A stretch of 64,000 nt of DNA from an uncultured Gemmatimonadales bacterium. GTDB lineage: Bacteria; Gemmatimonadota; Gemmatimonadetes; Gemmatimonadales; Gemmatimonadaceae. Position 1 is the first letter of the stretch, and each line of letters starts with the position of its first letter. The notes under the pieces were generated by a model, which did not search any database, was not told the DNA's origin, and saw nothing but the letters and a program-made list of their open reading frames with translations. Positions 1 through 9,637 of this stretch are shown one piece after another. The stretch lies in assembly GCA_963851265.1 (NCBI GenBank), contig CAWKNZ010000002.1, forward strand, positions 1,766,486-1,830,485, given 5' to 3'. A program made the translations under genes and the position numbers.

Positions 1-631
1 CGTGTGCGACCTCGCGTACCTCGCGCGGGCGGTCGAGTTCGCGCGGCGGCACGGGCTGCTGCTCGTGAGCGACCTCGCCTACAGCGAACTCACGTACGAC
101 GGCTACCGCGCGCCCAGCGTGTTGGAGGTGCCGGGGGCGCGCGAGGTGGCCGTCGAGCTGCACTCGTGCTCGAAGACGTTCAACATGGCCGGGCTGCGCG
201 TCGGGTTCGTCGTGGGCGCGGCGGCGGCGTGCGATGCCCTGCTCGCGTATCGCAGCAACGTCGGTTATGGCACGCCGTGGGTGGCGCAGGCGGCGGGCGC
301 GTACGCGATCACCAACCACCGCTCGCTCACCCCTTCCATCGTGCGCGAGTACGCGGCACGGCGCGACGCGGTGTACGGCGCGCTCCGCGCGGCGGGATGG
401 ACGGCGACGCCGCCGCAGGCGGCGATGTACGCCTGGCTACCCGTGCCCGAGGGCTTCGAGGACTGGGCGTGGGTGCGCGCCGGGATGACCGACGCGGGCG
501 TGGTCGTGACGCCCGGGATCGCGTTCGGGCCGGGCGGTGCGGGCTACTTCCGGATCTCGTTCGTGCAGCCGGCCGCCACGCTGGCCGCGGCGGTCGAACA
601 GCTGACCGCCGCGGCCGCCGCGGGGGTCTAG
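1..631 (+). CDS. PLP-dependent class I/II aminotransferase (LL-diaminopimelate aminotransferase-like), 5' truncated by window edge
   Basis: Motifs DLAYSEL, SCSKTFNMAGLRVG (PLP lysine) and PGIAFG...GYFRISF. Confidence 0.85.
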   Translation, partial: VCDLAYLARAVEFARRHGLLLVSDLAYSELTYDGYRAPSVLEVPGAREVAVELHSCSKTFNMAGLRVGFVVGAAAACDALLAYRSNVGYGTPWVAQAAGAYAITNHRSLTPSIVREYAARRDAVYGALRAAGWTATPPQAAMYAWLPVPEGFEDWAWVRAGMTDAGVVVTPGIAFGPGGAGYFRISFVQPAATLAAAVEQLTAAAAAGV

Positions 632-1098
632 CGCGCGCCGCCAGCGAGCTGCGCGCCCGCGGACGTGAGCTCGGTACCGATCTCGTTGAGCGTGGTGGCG
701 ACGGCGCCGCTCTGACGCGACGCGACGCGCGTGACCTTGGGCCCGAGGCGGCTCAGGATCGCGCCGATGCGGGCGCCGTTCACCGTCGACATGGTGAGCT
801 CGGTGCGCAGCGCGCCGAGATCGGTCGCGATGCTCTGCAGCCCGGGGCGCCCGCTCGCGGCGAGCTTGCTCTGCAGACTCTGAAGGAGCGGGCCGGCGAC
901 GCTGACCGGCAGGCTCGTCAACCCGGCCTTCGCCGCCGCGTTGACGCTGTCGAGCTGCGCGACGAGCGTGGTGTCGGTGGCGCCGGACCGCATCGCGGAT
1001 CCGGACATCGACCCGGACGTGGTGGTCTGGGCGTGGAGGGCCGAGGCCGAAGCGGTCAGGACGACGGCGGCGGCAAGGGTGCTGATAGAGCGGTGCAT
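628..1098 (-). CDS. Secreted helical hypothetical protein (156 aa)
   Basis: ATG at 1098 gives MHRSISTLAAAVVLTASASALHAQ, a clear Sec signal peptide; stop overlaps the convergent aminotransferase stop. Confidence 0.7.
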   Translation of the reverse strand: MHRSISTLAAAVVLTASASALHAQTTTSGSMSGSAMRSGATDTTLVAQLDSVNAAAKAGLTSLPVSVAGPLLQSLQSKLAASGRPGLQSIATDLGALRTELTMSTVNGARIGAILSRLGPKVTRVASRQSGAVATTLNEIGTELTSAGAQLAGGAR

Positions 1099-1241
1099 GG
1101 CGATGACTCGAGCGGAGAGGAACGGAGCGCGGCATGGCCGCGGCGCGGCCGTGGATCGTTCCGTCGTAACAGTCGCGTCGCCGAACTCGTTCCTCACGGC
1201 GGGGCGCGTCCGGCGCACGCCGTGATGCGCCGCACCGGGCG

Positions 1242-4142
1242 TCAGCGCCCAATCCAGTAGCTGGCCTTGATCTGGAACACGTTCACCGGCCGGTCGCGAA
1301 ACAGCGCGGCCTGATCGCGCGAGAAGTCGAAGGTGCCGTACGAGGCGGACCCGCTCCGCTGCTGCGACCAGACGGCGAAGAGCGTCGAGCCGGGGCGGTA
1401 CTCCCAGCGGAGCACGGCAGTGCCGCGCAGCGACCGGACGTTGAAATTCGGGTTCCCGATGTCGAACCCCGCCACCGCCGCGCCCGCCGCGGGGCACACG
1501 GTTCCGACCGGCGCCGCCGGGTCGAGTGTGTAGGAGCCGGAGGCGTCGCGGCACACCGTCCCGAGATCACGCCCGTAGACGCGCGACGCGAGCGTCCGCG
1601 TCGCGGCGAACTCGTTGAAGCGCGAGTACGACCCGCTCGCGATGAACGGTTGCGCGTACAGCTCCAGCGTGAGCGACGGCGTGAACGTCGTGTTCACGCG
1701 CGTTTCGACGGACAGCGTGCGCTGGTCGAGGCGCGAGAAGATGTAGCGTTGCCCGGCGAATCCCGCGGGCGCGGTCGGATCGGCGACCGCCGTCACGAAC
1801 TGCTGCGGATCGATCGTGCGCGAGTACGACGGCGAGACGCTCACGAGCAGTCGGGTCGACGGTTTGACGGTGATCCCCGGGTTGAGGCGCGTCTGTTGGA
1901 ACTCGCTCGCGATGCCGAATAGCCGCCGCGCACCGAGGTTGAAGACGACGCTGTGGCGCGCGTCGGTGCCGACGTTGGCGCCGAGGAAGTCGTAGCCGAC
2001 GCGACGCTCGACGGGGCCGCCCCGCGTGAGGCCGTCGTCGAGGTTGGACGGATGGTGGATGCCGAACAGGCTCACCGACCAGTAGTTGGCGAGGGTACCG
2101 AACAGCCCGCCGTGCAGCTCAGCGTCGTTACGATCGCCGTCGAAGTTGAACTGCTGCTGCGCGCCCACGATCACCGACGCGAAGCGGTACCAGGCGGTCG
2201 GCTTCGTCCAGACGCGCTGCACGTTCGCGAGCATCCAGCGGTAGTCCGCGCGGTCGAGGTAGGCGAGGTCGTTGACCTCGAACCCGGGGCTCCGCCAGTT
2301 CTGCGCGGTTTCCCACTGCCAGTCGCCGTTGTCCTTCGCGAGGCGCGCGTACAGTGCGTACCCGCCGAGCGAGGTGCGCGCAGGATCGTATGCGGCGCCG
2401 AACAGCCCGTCGGACCGGACGCGCCGATCGGGACGTTGGTAGTAGCGCGCGCTCGACTGCTCCGTGGCGCGGATCGCGGCCGTGTCGCCCCCGACGTCGG
2501 ACGCGGCGACCTGCGCGAGGAACGAATAGGTGCGGTCCTTCCAGTAGTGGGCGACGTCGGCGCCCGCGACGACCGCACGGGTGCGGAGGCCGGTGCGCTC
2601 GAGCGAATCGCCGAGCGCGCGGTTCGTCAGCGTGAGCACGCCGCCGACCCGCGTGTCGCCGTTGCGAAGGTCCTTGCGCAGGCGGCCGAGGAAGTAGTTC
2701 GTGAGCGGCTCCACCTGCTGCTGGCGCACGGGGAGCGGGTCGGGCGACGGGAGCGCGGCCGGGGAGGTCGCGGCGGGGGGGAGCGGGACGAACCGCGCCG
2801 TGGCGCGGCCGGTGAGCGCGTCGAGCATGCCCACCGTCCACCCCGATCGCGTGCGGCCGGTGACGGTGGCCGCGCCGAGGATGCTGGTCACGTCCGGCGC
2901 GTCGACGAACTGCGCGTCGTCGGACACCGCGCCCGTAAGCTGCGGCGCGCGGCCGATGCGGCGCGAGTAGAAGACGTTGAGGTTGGAGACGTTGTCGCAG
3001 AAGAAGCAGTTGAACTGGCCGAAGCTGAAGTAGCCCGCGTTGTTCACGAAGAACGGGCGCTTCTCCTGGTAAAACGTTTCGTACGCGCTGAGGTTGACGG
3101 TCGCCGGATCGGCTTCGACCTGCCCGAAGTCCGGGTTCACGGTCGCGTCGAGCGTGAGGCTCGGCGTCAGCAGGAACTTGACGTCGGCGCCTGCGCGCAG
3201 CGTGCGCTGCTGGAGCGTGCGGTGGAACGGATCGCCCGGGGTGACGGCGGCGAACCGGTCGCCGGTCACGACGTACGGCACGATCTCTTCCTGCCGCGGC
3301 GGGGCGCTGAGCGCGAGTCCGGTGAGCGTGCCGAAGTAGGCCGGGCCGCCCGCCTCGTTCAGTCGCCAGAACGCCCACATGTCCTGCTCGTTGCGCCGCG
3401 TGACGTAGCGCCAGAGCTGGAACCCCCACGGCGCGACGACATCGCCGACGAGGGAATCGAGCGCCGCGCCGGCCGCCTCGCCGGTGAGCCCGGTTCGTGC
3501 GGTGCGGGCCGCGCCGCCCTGAAAGCGCAGCTGCGAGAACGGAATGCGAAACTCCGCCGTCCAGCCGAGCGAGTCGACGTGCGCGGCGCCCTCCCACACC
3601 GGGTCCCACGACGCGTCGCCGTTCAGCTGGTCGCCGCGGACGCCTAACGGATTGAGCTCGAACCACACGCGCGTGTTGCGATCGCGGAACGGGTCGAAGA
3701 CGACCGCGATCTTGTCGGACGCGAGGCCGCTCGCGTTGTCGAGCAGCGCGTCGCGTCGCGTGAGGACGCCGCGGACGGCGCGGGCGCCGCCGCGCTCGTA
3801 CATGCGCGCGCCGATGTACAGCGCCTGGTCGTCGTAGAGGATGCGCACCTCGGTGCGCTCCGACGCCGGGCGCCCCTCGTCGGGCTGCTGCTGCGTGAAC
3901 TGGGTGATGGGCTGCGCCGCGGCCCACGCGGCATCGTCGAGGCGGCCGTCGATCGCGATCGGTCCGGTGCGGCGCGACCCGCGAGCGACCGGGCGCGGGT
4001 CGGTCTGCGACGGGGTACCCGCGGCGGCCTGCTGTGCACGCGCGCCGCGCGCGGGCCCGCCGAGGGCGGCGAGCAGCAGCAGGGCGGCGGCCGCCCAACG
4101 CCGCGACAAGCGGAACGACGGGATTAACGTTGAATGTGACAC
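1242..4142 (-). CDS. Exported protein with CBM9-like N-terminal domain and DUF5916-like (probable outer-membrane beta-barrel) domain
   Basis: Signal peptide; IDGRLDDAAW, TEVRILYD, WTAEFRIPFSQLRF, NPDFGQVEAD, EKRPFF motifs; C-terminal IKASYW beta-strand. Confidence 0.8.
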   Translation of the reverse strand: MSHSTLIPSFRLSRRWAAAALLLLAALGGPARGARAQQAAAGTPSQTDPRPVARGSRRTGPIAIDGRLDDAAWAAAQPITQFTQQQPDEGRPASERTEVRILYDDQALYIGARMYERGGARAVRGVLTRRDALLDNASGLASDKIAVVFDPFRDRNTRVWFELNPLGVRGDQLNGDASWDPVWEGAAHVDSLGWTAEFRIPFSQLRFQGGAARTARTGLTGEAAGAALDSLVGDVVAPWGFQLWRYVTRRNEQDMWAFWRLNEAGGPAYFGTLTGLALSAPPRQEEIVPYVVTGDRFAAVTPGDPFHRTLQQRTLRAGADVKFLLTPSLTLDATVNPDFGQVEADPATVNLSAYETFYQEKRPFFVNNAGYFSFGQFNCFFCDNVSNLNVFYSRRIGRAPQLTGAVSDDAQFVDAPDVTSILGAATVTGRTRSGWTVGMLDALTGRATARFVPLPPAATSPAALPSPDPLPVRQQQVEPLTNYFLGRLRKDLRNGDTRVGGVLTLTNRALGDSLERTGLRTRAVVAGADVAHYWKDRTYSFLAQVAASDVGGDTAAIRATEQSSARYYQRPDRRVRSDGLFGAAYDPARTSLGGYALYARLAKDNGDWQWETAQNWRSPGFEVNDLAYLDRADYRWMLANVQRVWTKPTAWYRFASVIVGAQQQFNFDGDRNDAELHGGLFGTLANYWSVSLFGIHHPSNLDDGLTRGGPVERRVGYDFLGANVGTDARHSVVFNLGARRLFGIASEFQQTRLNPGITVKPSTRLLVSVSPSYSRTIDPQQFVTAVADPTAPAGFAGQRYIFSRLDQRTLSVETRVNTTFTPSLTLELYAQPFIASGSYSRFNEFAATRTLASRVYGRDLGTVCRDASGSYTLDPAAPVGTVCPAAGAAVAGFDIGNPNFNVRSLRGTAVLRWEYRPGSTLFAVWSQQRSGSASYGTFDFSRDQAALFRDRPVNVFQIKASYWIGR

Positions 4143-4213
4143 GAAACCGGACGGAGCGCGTGGATCCTGGGAACGTGACGTTTGACAGCACGTCGATCCC
4201 GATGGTTGCGCTC

Positions 4214-4240
4214 TACGGTCGGCGACACGATGCGGTTACA
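4214..4240 (-). promoter_or_regulatory. Putative ECF-sigma promoter for the DUF5916-like gene
   Basis: Minus strand TGTAACC-N16-CGTA, similar to ECF -35 'AAC' / -10 'CGT' consensus, about 70 nt upstream of the start. Confidence 0.4.
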
Positions 4241-4314
4241 ACGCGGTGACGATGCGCGACCGGTGAGGACGCGCGCCGCGCTCGCGCACGCGATCGGCCG
4301 CACGTGTGAAACCG

Positions 4315-4349
4315 GAAGGGGCCGATCTCCGTAAGAGATCGGCCCCTTC
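4315..4349 (-). terminator. Intrinsic terminator-like hairpin downstream of nrdJ
   Basis: Perfect 15-bp stem GAAGGGGCCGATCTC / GAGATCGGCCCCTTC with 5-nt loop; only a short T-run follows on the minus strand. Confidence 0.7.
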
Positions 4350-4442
4350 GTCTGCGCGGCGCCTGTGCCGCCTTACACCGTTCTGCGGCGCCCCCCAACC
4401 GGCGGGGCGGGGCGCGGCGCGCGCGCGGTCACCGGTGCGAGG

Positions 4443-7028
4443 TCACCCGCACTCGCTGAAGCCGCAGACGTGGCACTTCACGCACCCCTCGGCGAACTCC
4501 AACTGGCTTCCGCAGTCCGGGCACGTGCCCATGAACACCTCGCTCGGCGTGTACGCGCCCATCGGGTCGGTCTGCGCGTTCACCTGGGCGTTGAGCATGT
4601 TCCCTCCCCCCGAGCCGGCCGGCGTCGACGTCGTCGGCGTGACGGCGGGCATCGACGTGGCCGGCGTGGCGAGGAAGTCCTGCTGCACGCCCTGGTGCTT
4701 GTCGCGCCACCACTCTTCGAGCGCGATGCCGACCGCGTCGGGCATCGAGAGCACCTTGTTGGGGCCGAGGCCGACCGCGCGGTCCGACGAGATCCCGCGC
4801 AGCTGGCGCACGATCTCGGGGAGCGCGATGCCGGAGCGGAGCGCGAGTGACACCATGCGGCCTAACGCCTCCGCGTCCGCCATCGCCGACCCGCCCGCCT
4901 TGCCGAGGCTGATGAACACGTCGAACGCGTTGCCGCGGTCGTCCTCGGAGATGTGCACGAACATCGTGCCGAGAGGCGTCTCCTTGCGCATCGACGTCGA
5001 GCGGAGCTTGTCGGGGCGCGCGCGCTTCGTGCGCCGCTGCAGGTTCTCCGCCTCGGCCTCGTAGAGCGCCTTTTTGGTGCGCTCGAGCTCCGCGTTCACC
5101 TCCGCGAGCGTACCCTGCAGCTCGCCGAGCTGGCGCTTGATCGCCGGATCGGCCGCCGGGGCGGCGACGTCGGGCTTCGCGGCGTCGGCCTTCGCAGACT
5201 CGGCCTTCGCCTCGGGTCCCTTGTCGCGCTCCTTCTTGGCCTGCTCGGTGGCGCCGGTCGAGAGCACCTGGCCGTCGCGTGAGCCGTCGCGGTAGACCGT
5301 GACGCCCTTGCAGTTCAACTCGTAGGCGAGTTCGTAGATCGCGCGCACGTCGTCGAGCGTGGCGGTGTGCGCGAAGTTGGTGGTCTTGCTGATGGCGGAG
5401 TCGCAGTGCTGCTGGAAGGCGGCCTGCATGCGGACGTGCCACTCCGGCGCGATGTTGTTGGCCGTCACGAACACGCGCTGCCACTTGGCCGGGATCTCGG
5501 GGTGTTGCACCGAGCCGGTCTTGGCGATGCGCTCCATGAGCGCCTCCGAGTACCAGCCTTCCTGCTTCGCGACGGCGACGAACTCCTCGTTCACGTCCGG
5601 CATCATCACGCCGGCCTGGTTGCGCATGAAGGCGACGGCGAAGAGCGGCTCGAGCCCGGACGAGCACCCGGCGATGATCGAGATCGTGCCGGTGGGCGCG
5701 ACCGTGGTGACGTTGCAGTTGCGCAGGAGCTGCATCGGCCGCACGCGCTCGCCGTTGGCGCCGCGGGCGCAGGTGGCGTCGGGGCCCCAGATGGAGCGCG
5801 CCCACTCGGGGAAGGGCCCGCGCTCGTTGGCGAGGCGCTCGCTCTCCTGCTTGCTCTCGACGTCGAGGTACTCCATGACGCGGCGGCCCATCTCGACGCC
5901 CTCGGGCGTGTCGTAGGCGATGCCCATCTTGATGAGCCCGTCCGCGAAGCCCATCACGCCGAGACCGATGCGGCGGATGCGCTTGGAGAGCGCGTCGATC
6001 TCGGGGAGGGGGTACTTGTTGACGTCGATGATGTTGTCGAGGAAGTGCGTGGCCGTGCGGACGTCGCGGCCGTACGCCTCCCAGTCGAGTTGCCCGTCGC
6101 GGACGTAATAGCCGACGTTGATCGATCCGAGGTTGCAGACGTCGTACGACAGCAGCGGCTGCTCGCCGCACGGGTTGGTCGCCTCGTAGGCGCCGAGGTG
6201 CGGGACGGGGTTGTACTTGTTGGCCGCGTCGACGAAGAACACGCCCGGCTCGCCGGTGCGCCACGCGCCGAGGACCATCTTGTCCCATACCGTGCGGGCG
6301 TCCATCTGCCCCGTGACCTGCTTGGTGACGGGGTCGACGAGGTCGTACGACGTGCCCGCCTTGACCGCCTCCATGAACGTCTCGGTGATCGCGACCGAGA
6401 TGTTGAAGTTGGTGATCTGCGTCAGGTCTTCCTTGCACGTGATGAAGTCCATCACGTCGGGATGGTCGACGCGCAGGATGCCCATGTTGGCGCCACGTCG
6501 CGTGCCGCCCTGCTTCACGGCGTCGGTCGACGCGTCGTAGAGCTTCATGAAGCTGACGGGGCCGCTCGCGACGCCGGTGGTGCTGCGCACCATCGAGCCC
6601 TTGGCGCGGAGGCGGCTGAAGCCGAAGCCGGTGCCGCCGCCGCTCTGGTGGATGAGCGCCATCGAGCGGAGCGTGTCGTAGATGCCCGTCTGCCCGTTGG
6701 AGAGGGCGTCGTCGACCGGCAGCACGAAGCACGCGGAGAGCTGGCCGAGTGGCCGCCCGGCGTTCATCAGCGTCGGCGAGTTGGGCTCGAACCGGCGCTG
6801 GGTCATCATCGCGTAGAACTCTTCGGCCAGCGCCTGAACCTGGGCGTCGCTCGCGCCGTACCGACGGTCGGCCTCGGCGACGACGGTGGCCACGCGCCAG
6901 AACATGTCCTCGGGCGTCTCGGTGGACTTGCCCTTCGCATCGCGCACGAGGTAGCGCTTCTCGAGCACGATGCGGGCATTCTGCGACAACTCGGCGGGAA
7001 CGTTCGGCGGCGTGGGGGACAGCGGCAT
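4443..7028 (-). CDS. nrdJ: Adenosylcobalamin-dependent (class II) ribonucleotide reductase with C-terminal TSCPD-like domain and Zn ribbon
   Basis: PNSPTLMNAG, LSACFV, ATNPCGEQ (radical Cys), APTGTIS, SAISKT, KGVTVYRDGSR; C-terminal CPDC...CVKCHVCGFSEC; start taken at ATG 7028. Confidence 0.95.
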   Translation of the reverse strand: MPLSPTPPNVPAELSQNARIVLEKRYLVRDAKGKSTETPEDMFWRVATVVAEADRRYGASDAQVQALAEEFYAMMTQRRFEPNSPTLMNAGRPLGQLSACFVLPVDDALSNGQTGIYDTLRSMALIHQSGGGTGFGFSRLRAKGSMVRSTTGVASGPVSFMKLYDASTDAVKQGGTRRGANMGILRVDHPDVMDFITCKEDLTQITNFNISVAITETFMEAVKAGTSYDLVDPVTKQVTGQMDARTVWDKMVLGAWRTGEPGVFFVDAANKYNPVPHLGAYEATNPCGEQPLLSYDVCNLGSINVGYYVRDGQLDWEAYGRDVRTATHFLDNIIDVNKYPLPEIDALSKRIRRIGLGVMGFADGLIKMGIAYDTPEGVEMGRRVMEYLDVESKQESERLANERGPFPEWARSIWGPDATCARGANGERVRPMQLLRNCNVTTVAPTGTISIIAGCSSGLEPLFAVAFMRNQAGVMMPDVNEEFVAVAKQEGWYSEALMERIAKTGSVQHPEIPAKWQRVFVTANNIAPEWHVRMQAAFQQHCDSAISKTTNFAHTATLDDVRAIYELAYELNCKGVTVYRDGSRDGQVLSTGATEQAKKERDKGPEAKAESAKADAAKPDVAAPAADPAIKRQLGELQGTLAEVNAELERTKKALYEAEAENLQRRTKRARPDKLRSTSMRKETPLGTMFVHISEDDRGNAFDVFISLGKAGGSAMADAEALGRMVSLALRSGIALPEIVRQLRGISSDRAVGLGPNKVLSMPDAVGIALEEWWRDKHQGVQQDFLATPATSMPAVTPTTSTPAGSGGGNMLNAQVNAQTDPMGAYTPSEVFMGTCPDCGSQLEFAEGCVKCHVCGFSECG

Positions 7029-7180
7029 AAAGGCGGCTCTCCTGCGGGTGGCGCGTACGACCATCGTACGGCGACAGTGGGCGAACGGGCCGGCGACGGC
7101 CGGCGGCGGACGGGACGTGCGCTACTGCGAGCGGTGCTGCGGGGCGGTGGTGCCGGGCGGGATTTCGGGGCGGGGGGCAG

Positions 7181-7209
7181 AACCTACGAGCGCTTGCTCG
7201 CAGCCACAA
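7181..7209 (-). promoter_or_regulatory. Putative sigma70 promoter of nrdJ
   Basis: Minus strand TTGTGG-N17-TAGGTT. Confidence 0.5.
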
Positions 7210-7558
7210 GCCATCCGGCGCACGCCGAAATTCACGGCATATTCTTCCGGCTCGTTGTCTCTAGAAGTGGACGACAGTGAGATCGGCCGAATCGGCATAC
7301 CGTATCGTAAGGTGTTTCTTTCTAATAACTTACGGAACGGCACTTCGTTGCGTGTTGAATCGAACTGCAGGCCGGGAGTGCGCTCGTTCGTAGCGCAAGC
7401 CCAGACGGAACCAACGTCACTTGCCTGCTTTCACGACTTCGCATTACGCGTGCCGCGCCTTACCACCGCAGACCGAACGAGAGCAGCCGCGTTTGCGCTC
7501 GATCACCGCACGCGCGCGGTCCCGAGCGGGGCGCGCGGGGCGCGGGGGGACGCGGCCG

Positions 7559-9505
7559 TCACCGATCTGCGAGCGCGCGGAAGTAGTCTTCCAACCCGTC
7601 GGCGATCGCGCGCGCGTAGCGTTCGCGACCCGCCGCGGTTCGCATCGCGGCCTCCTGCTCGGGGAGCATCAGGAAGAGCCCCTCGGTGAGGGCCTCGGGC
7701 ACCCACGTCGGACGCGCGACGGCAAGGTTCTGATAGTGGATGCCGAGGTCGCGCAGCCCGAGCCGACGGACGAGTTGGGACTGGAGCGCGCGCGCGAGCG
7801 GCTCGGCGTGCTGCTGGAAAAACAGCGTGCTCGAGCCGTTCGCGGTGAACGGATTGACGCCGTCCGGGAGCGCGTTCAGGTGCACGCTGACGAACGCGTG
7901 CGCGTTGGCTCGCCGCGCGAGCGTCGGGCGTTCCGCGAGACCCACCGGATCGGCCGTAGTGCGCGTCATGAGCACCGTCGCACCGCGCGCCCGGAGCAGA
8001 TCGCGGACGCGCTCACTCACCGGCAGCACCGCGACGGGCTCCCAGAGCCCGGTCGGACCGGTCGCCCCGCCCGGGGGATGGCCGGGGTCCACGACGATCG
8101 TGAGGCCGGCGAGCGGGCGCGCGCGGTCGACGGCAGGCGGCCGCCGGACGCGCACCACGAGCGCACTCCGCCCCGGATCCCACAGCACGAGATACCCGTA
8201 CGGATCGCGCCCGAGCCGTAACGTGAGCCGCACGCGGTCGTCGGCCTGCTGTTCCCAGACGACCTGCCGCACGAGCGAGTCCGACGCAGTACCGCCGAGG
8301 CGCAGGACGTCGGGAGAGAGCGTGACGTCGTGCAGGATGACGTCGAGGTCGCGGCCGCGCTCGACCACCTCGTACGCGGGGCGGTCGGCCATGGGGAGTA
8401 CGAGGTCGACCCAGTCCCGGGACGGCGTGACGCGCGCCGCCCCAACCACGCGTCGCGTCGGCGGGTAGCCGGGGGGTAGTGGGAGCACGGTCTGCTCGTC
8501 CACCCACGCCTGCAGCTGGCGGTCGAGGCGTACGCGCGCCATCCCGCCCACCACTGCGGTGCGTTCGAGCACCGTGCCTGGAAGGAAGAAGTACCGGTAC
8601 GTTCCGTCGGGCGTCGGGCGGCCGACGATCGCCCGGTCGGTGTCGGGAACGGTCCCGGGGCGCACCGCCTCGGGGTGCCCGAGCTGGACGTACTCGTGCG
8701 CGTCCGGCGCGCCGAGTGCCTCGACGCGCCCGATCGGGAGGCGCACCGTGTCGGCGCCGCGGGCGGCCACGACACGCACACGACCGGCGGCGACGAGCCG
8801 CGCCGCGCGCACGTCGGTCGCCCAGACGACGATGGCGTCGGGATCGACGCCGCCCTCACCGCGCGCGCCGGCGGCGTCCACGAGCGAAACGCGCGTCGCA
8901 GACGCGGCCGCGGTATCGGCCGCAGGCAGCTCCAGCCACACGCGTGCCCCGCGCGACGCGCGGACGCCGACGCGCACGCTCTCGTCGGCCGGGACGCGCG
9001 CGCGCACGTCGGGGAGCACGCTCGGGGTGTCCACCACGAGCGCGCCCGGACGCCCGGTCGCGCCGCGACCGGCAACGCGCACGGCCACCGACCCGCGCGC
9101 CGTGTCCGTGCCCCCCGCCGCACGGATGCGCGTCGCGACCACGTCGTAGCGCGCGGCGGCCGGAGACGGCGTCGGGAGATAGGCGAGGAAGGCCCCGTTG
9201 GGCGCGACCGGCACCGGCGCGCCGTTCACCGTCACCGACGCCGCCCCACTGCCCACGGCCCCGAACACGAAGGTCGAGTCGCGCGGCACGATCTGCCCCG
9301 CCGTCGGCCAGACGACGCGCACCTCGAGGGCCCCGTCCACACGGGGGACGGGCGGCAGTCCCACGCCCGGATCGTCGCCGGCCGCGGCCGGCGTGGGGAC
9401 CGGCGCGGGGGAGGGCGCCGTCGCTGGCGCTCGGGCGGGAGCGCACGCCGCGGCAACGGCCAGGGCGCCGACGGCGACGGTCGTCACGACGGGGGTGGAC
9501 GCCAT
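7559..9505 (-). CDS. N-acetylmuramoyl-L-alanine amidase (Amidase_3), probable lipoprotein
   Basis: Lipobox-like LAVAAAC; catalytic domain IVVDPGH, LMTRT, VSVHLN, LTEG. Confidence 0.9.
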   Translation of the reverse strand: MASTPVVTTVAVGALAVAAACAPARAPATAPSPAPVPTPAAAGDDPGVGLPPVPRVDGALEVRVVWPTAGQIVPRDSTFVFGAVGSGAASVTVNGAPVPVAPNGAFLAYLPTPSPAAARYDVVATRIRAAGGTDTARGSVAVRVAGRGATGRPGALVVDTPSVLPDVRARVPADESVRVGVRASRGARVWLELPAADTAAASATRVSLVDAAGARGEGGVDPDAIVVWATDVRAARLVAAGRVRVVAARGADTVRLPIGRVEALGAPDAHEYVQLGHPEAVRPGTVPDTDRAIVGRPTPDGTYRYFFLPGTVLERTAVVGGMARVRLDRQLQAWVDEQTVLPLPPGYPPTRRVVGAARVTPSRDWVDLVLPMADRPAYEVVERGRDLDVILHDVTLSPDVLRLGGTASDSLVRQVVWEQQADDRVRLTLRLGRDPYGYLVLWDPGRSALVVRVRRPPAVDRARPLAGLTIVVDPGHPPGGATGPTGLWEPVAVLPVSERVRDLLRARGATVLMTRTTADPVGLAERPTLARRANAHAFVSVHLNALPDGVNPFTANGSSTLFFQQHAEPLARALQSQLVRRLGLRDLGIHYQNLAVARPTWVPEALTEGLFLMLPEQEAAMRTAAGRERYARAIADGLEDYFRALADR

Positions 9506-9637
9506 TGGCGGCAAGGTAGCCGGCCGCGAAATCTGGGGGTAACTTCGCGCGGACATGCCCCGCCCCTCGCGCGCAACCTCGACCGCCGCCGTTCGTAGGG
9601 CGCGTGTGTCGTCTTGTCTCTCTTCACGGCCGCGCGC

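Noticed and set aside
7029..7500. Cobalamin riboswitch or NrdR boxes upstream of nrdJ
   Set aside because: No recognisable B12-box or GGGAA...CCC core; candidates such as GTCTCTAGAAGTGG match only a few NrdR-box positions
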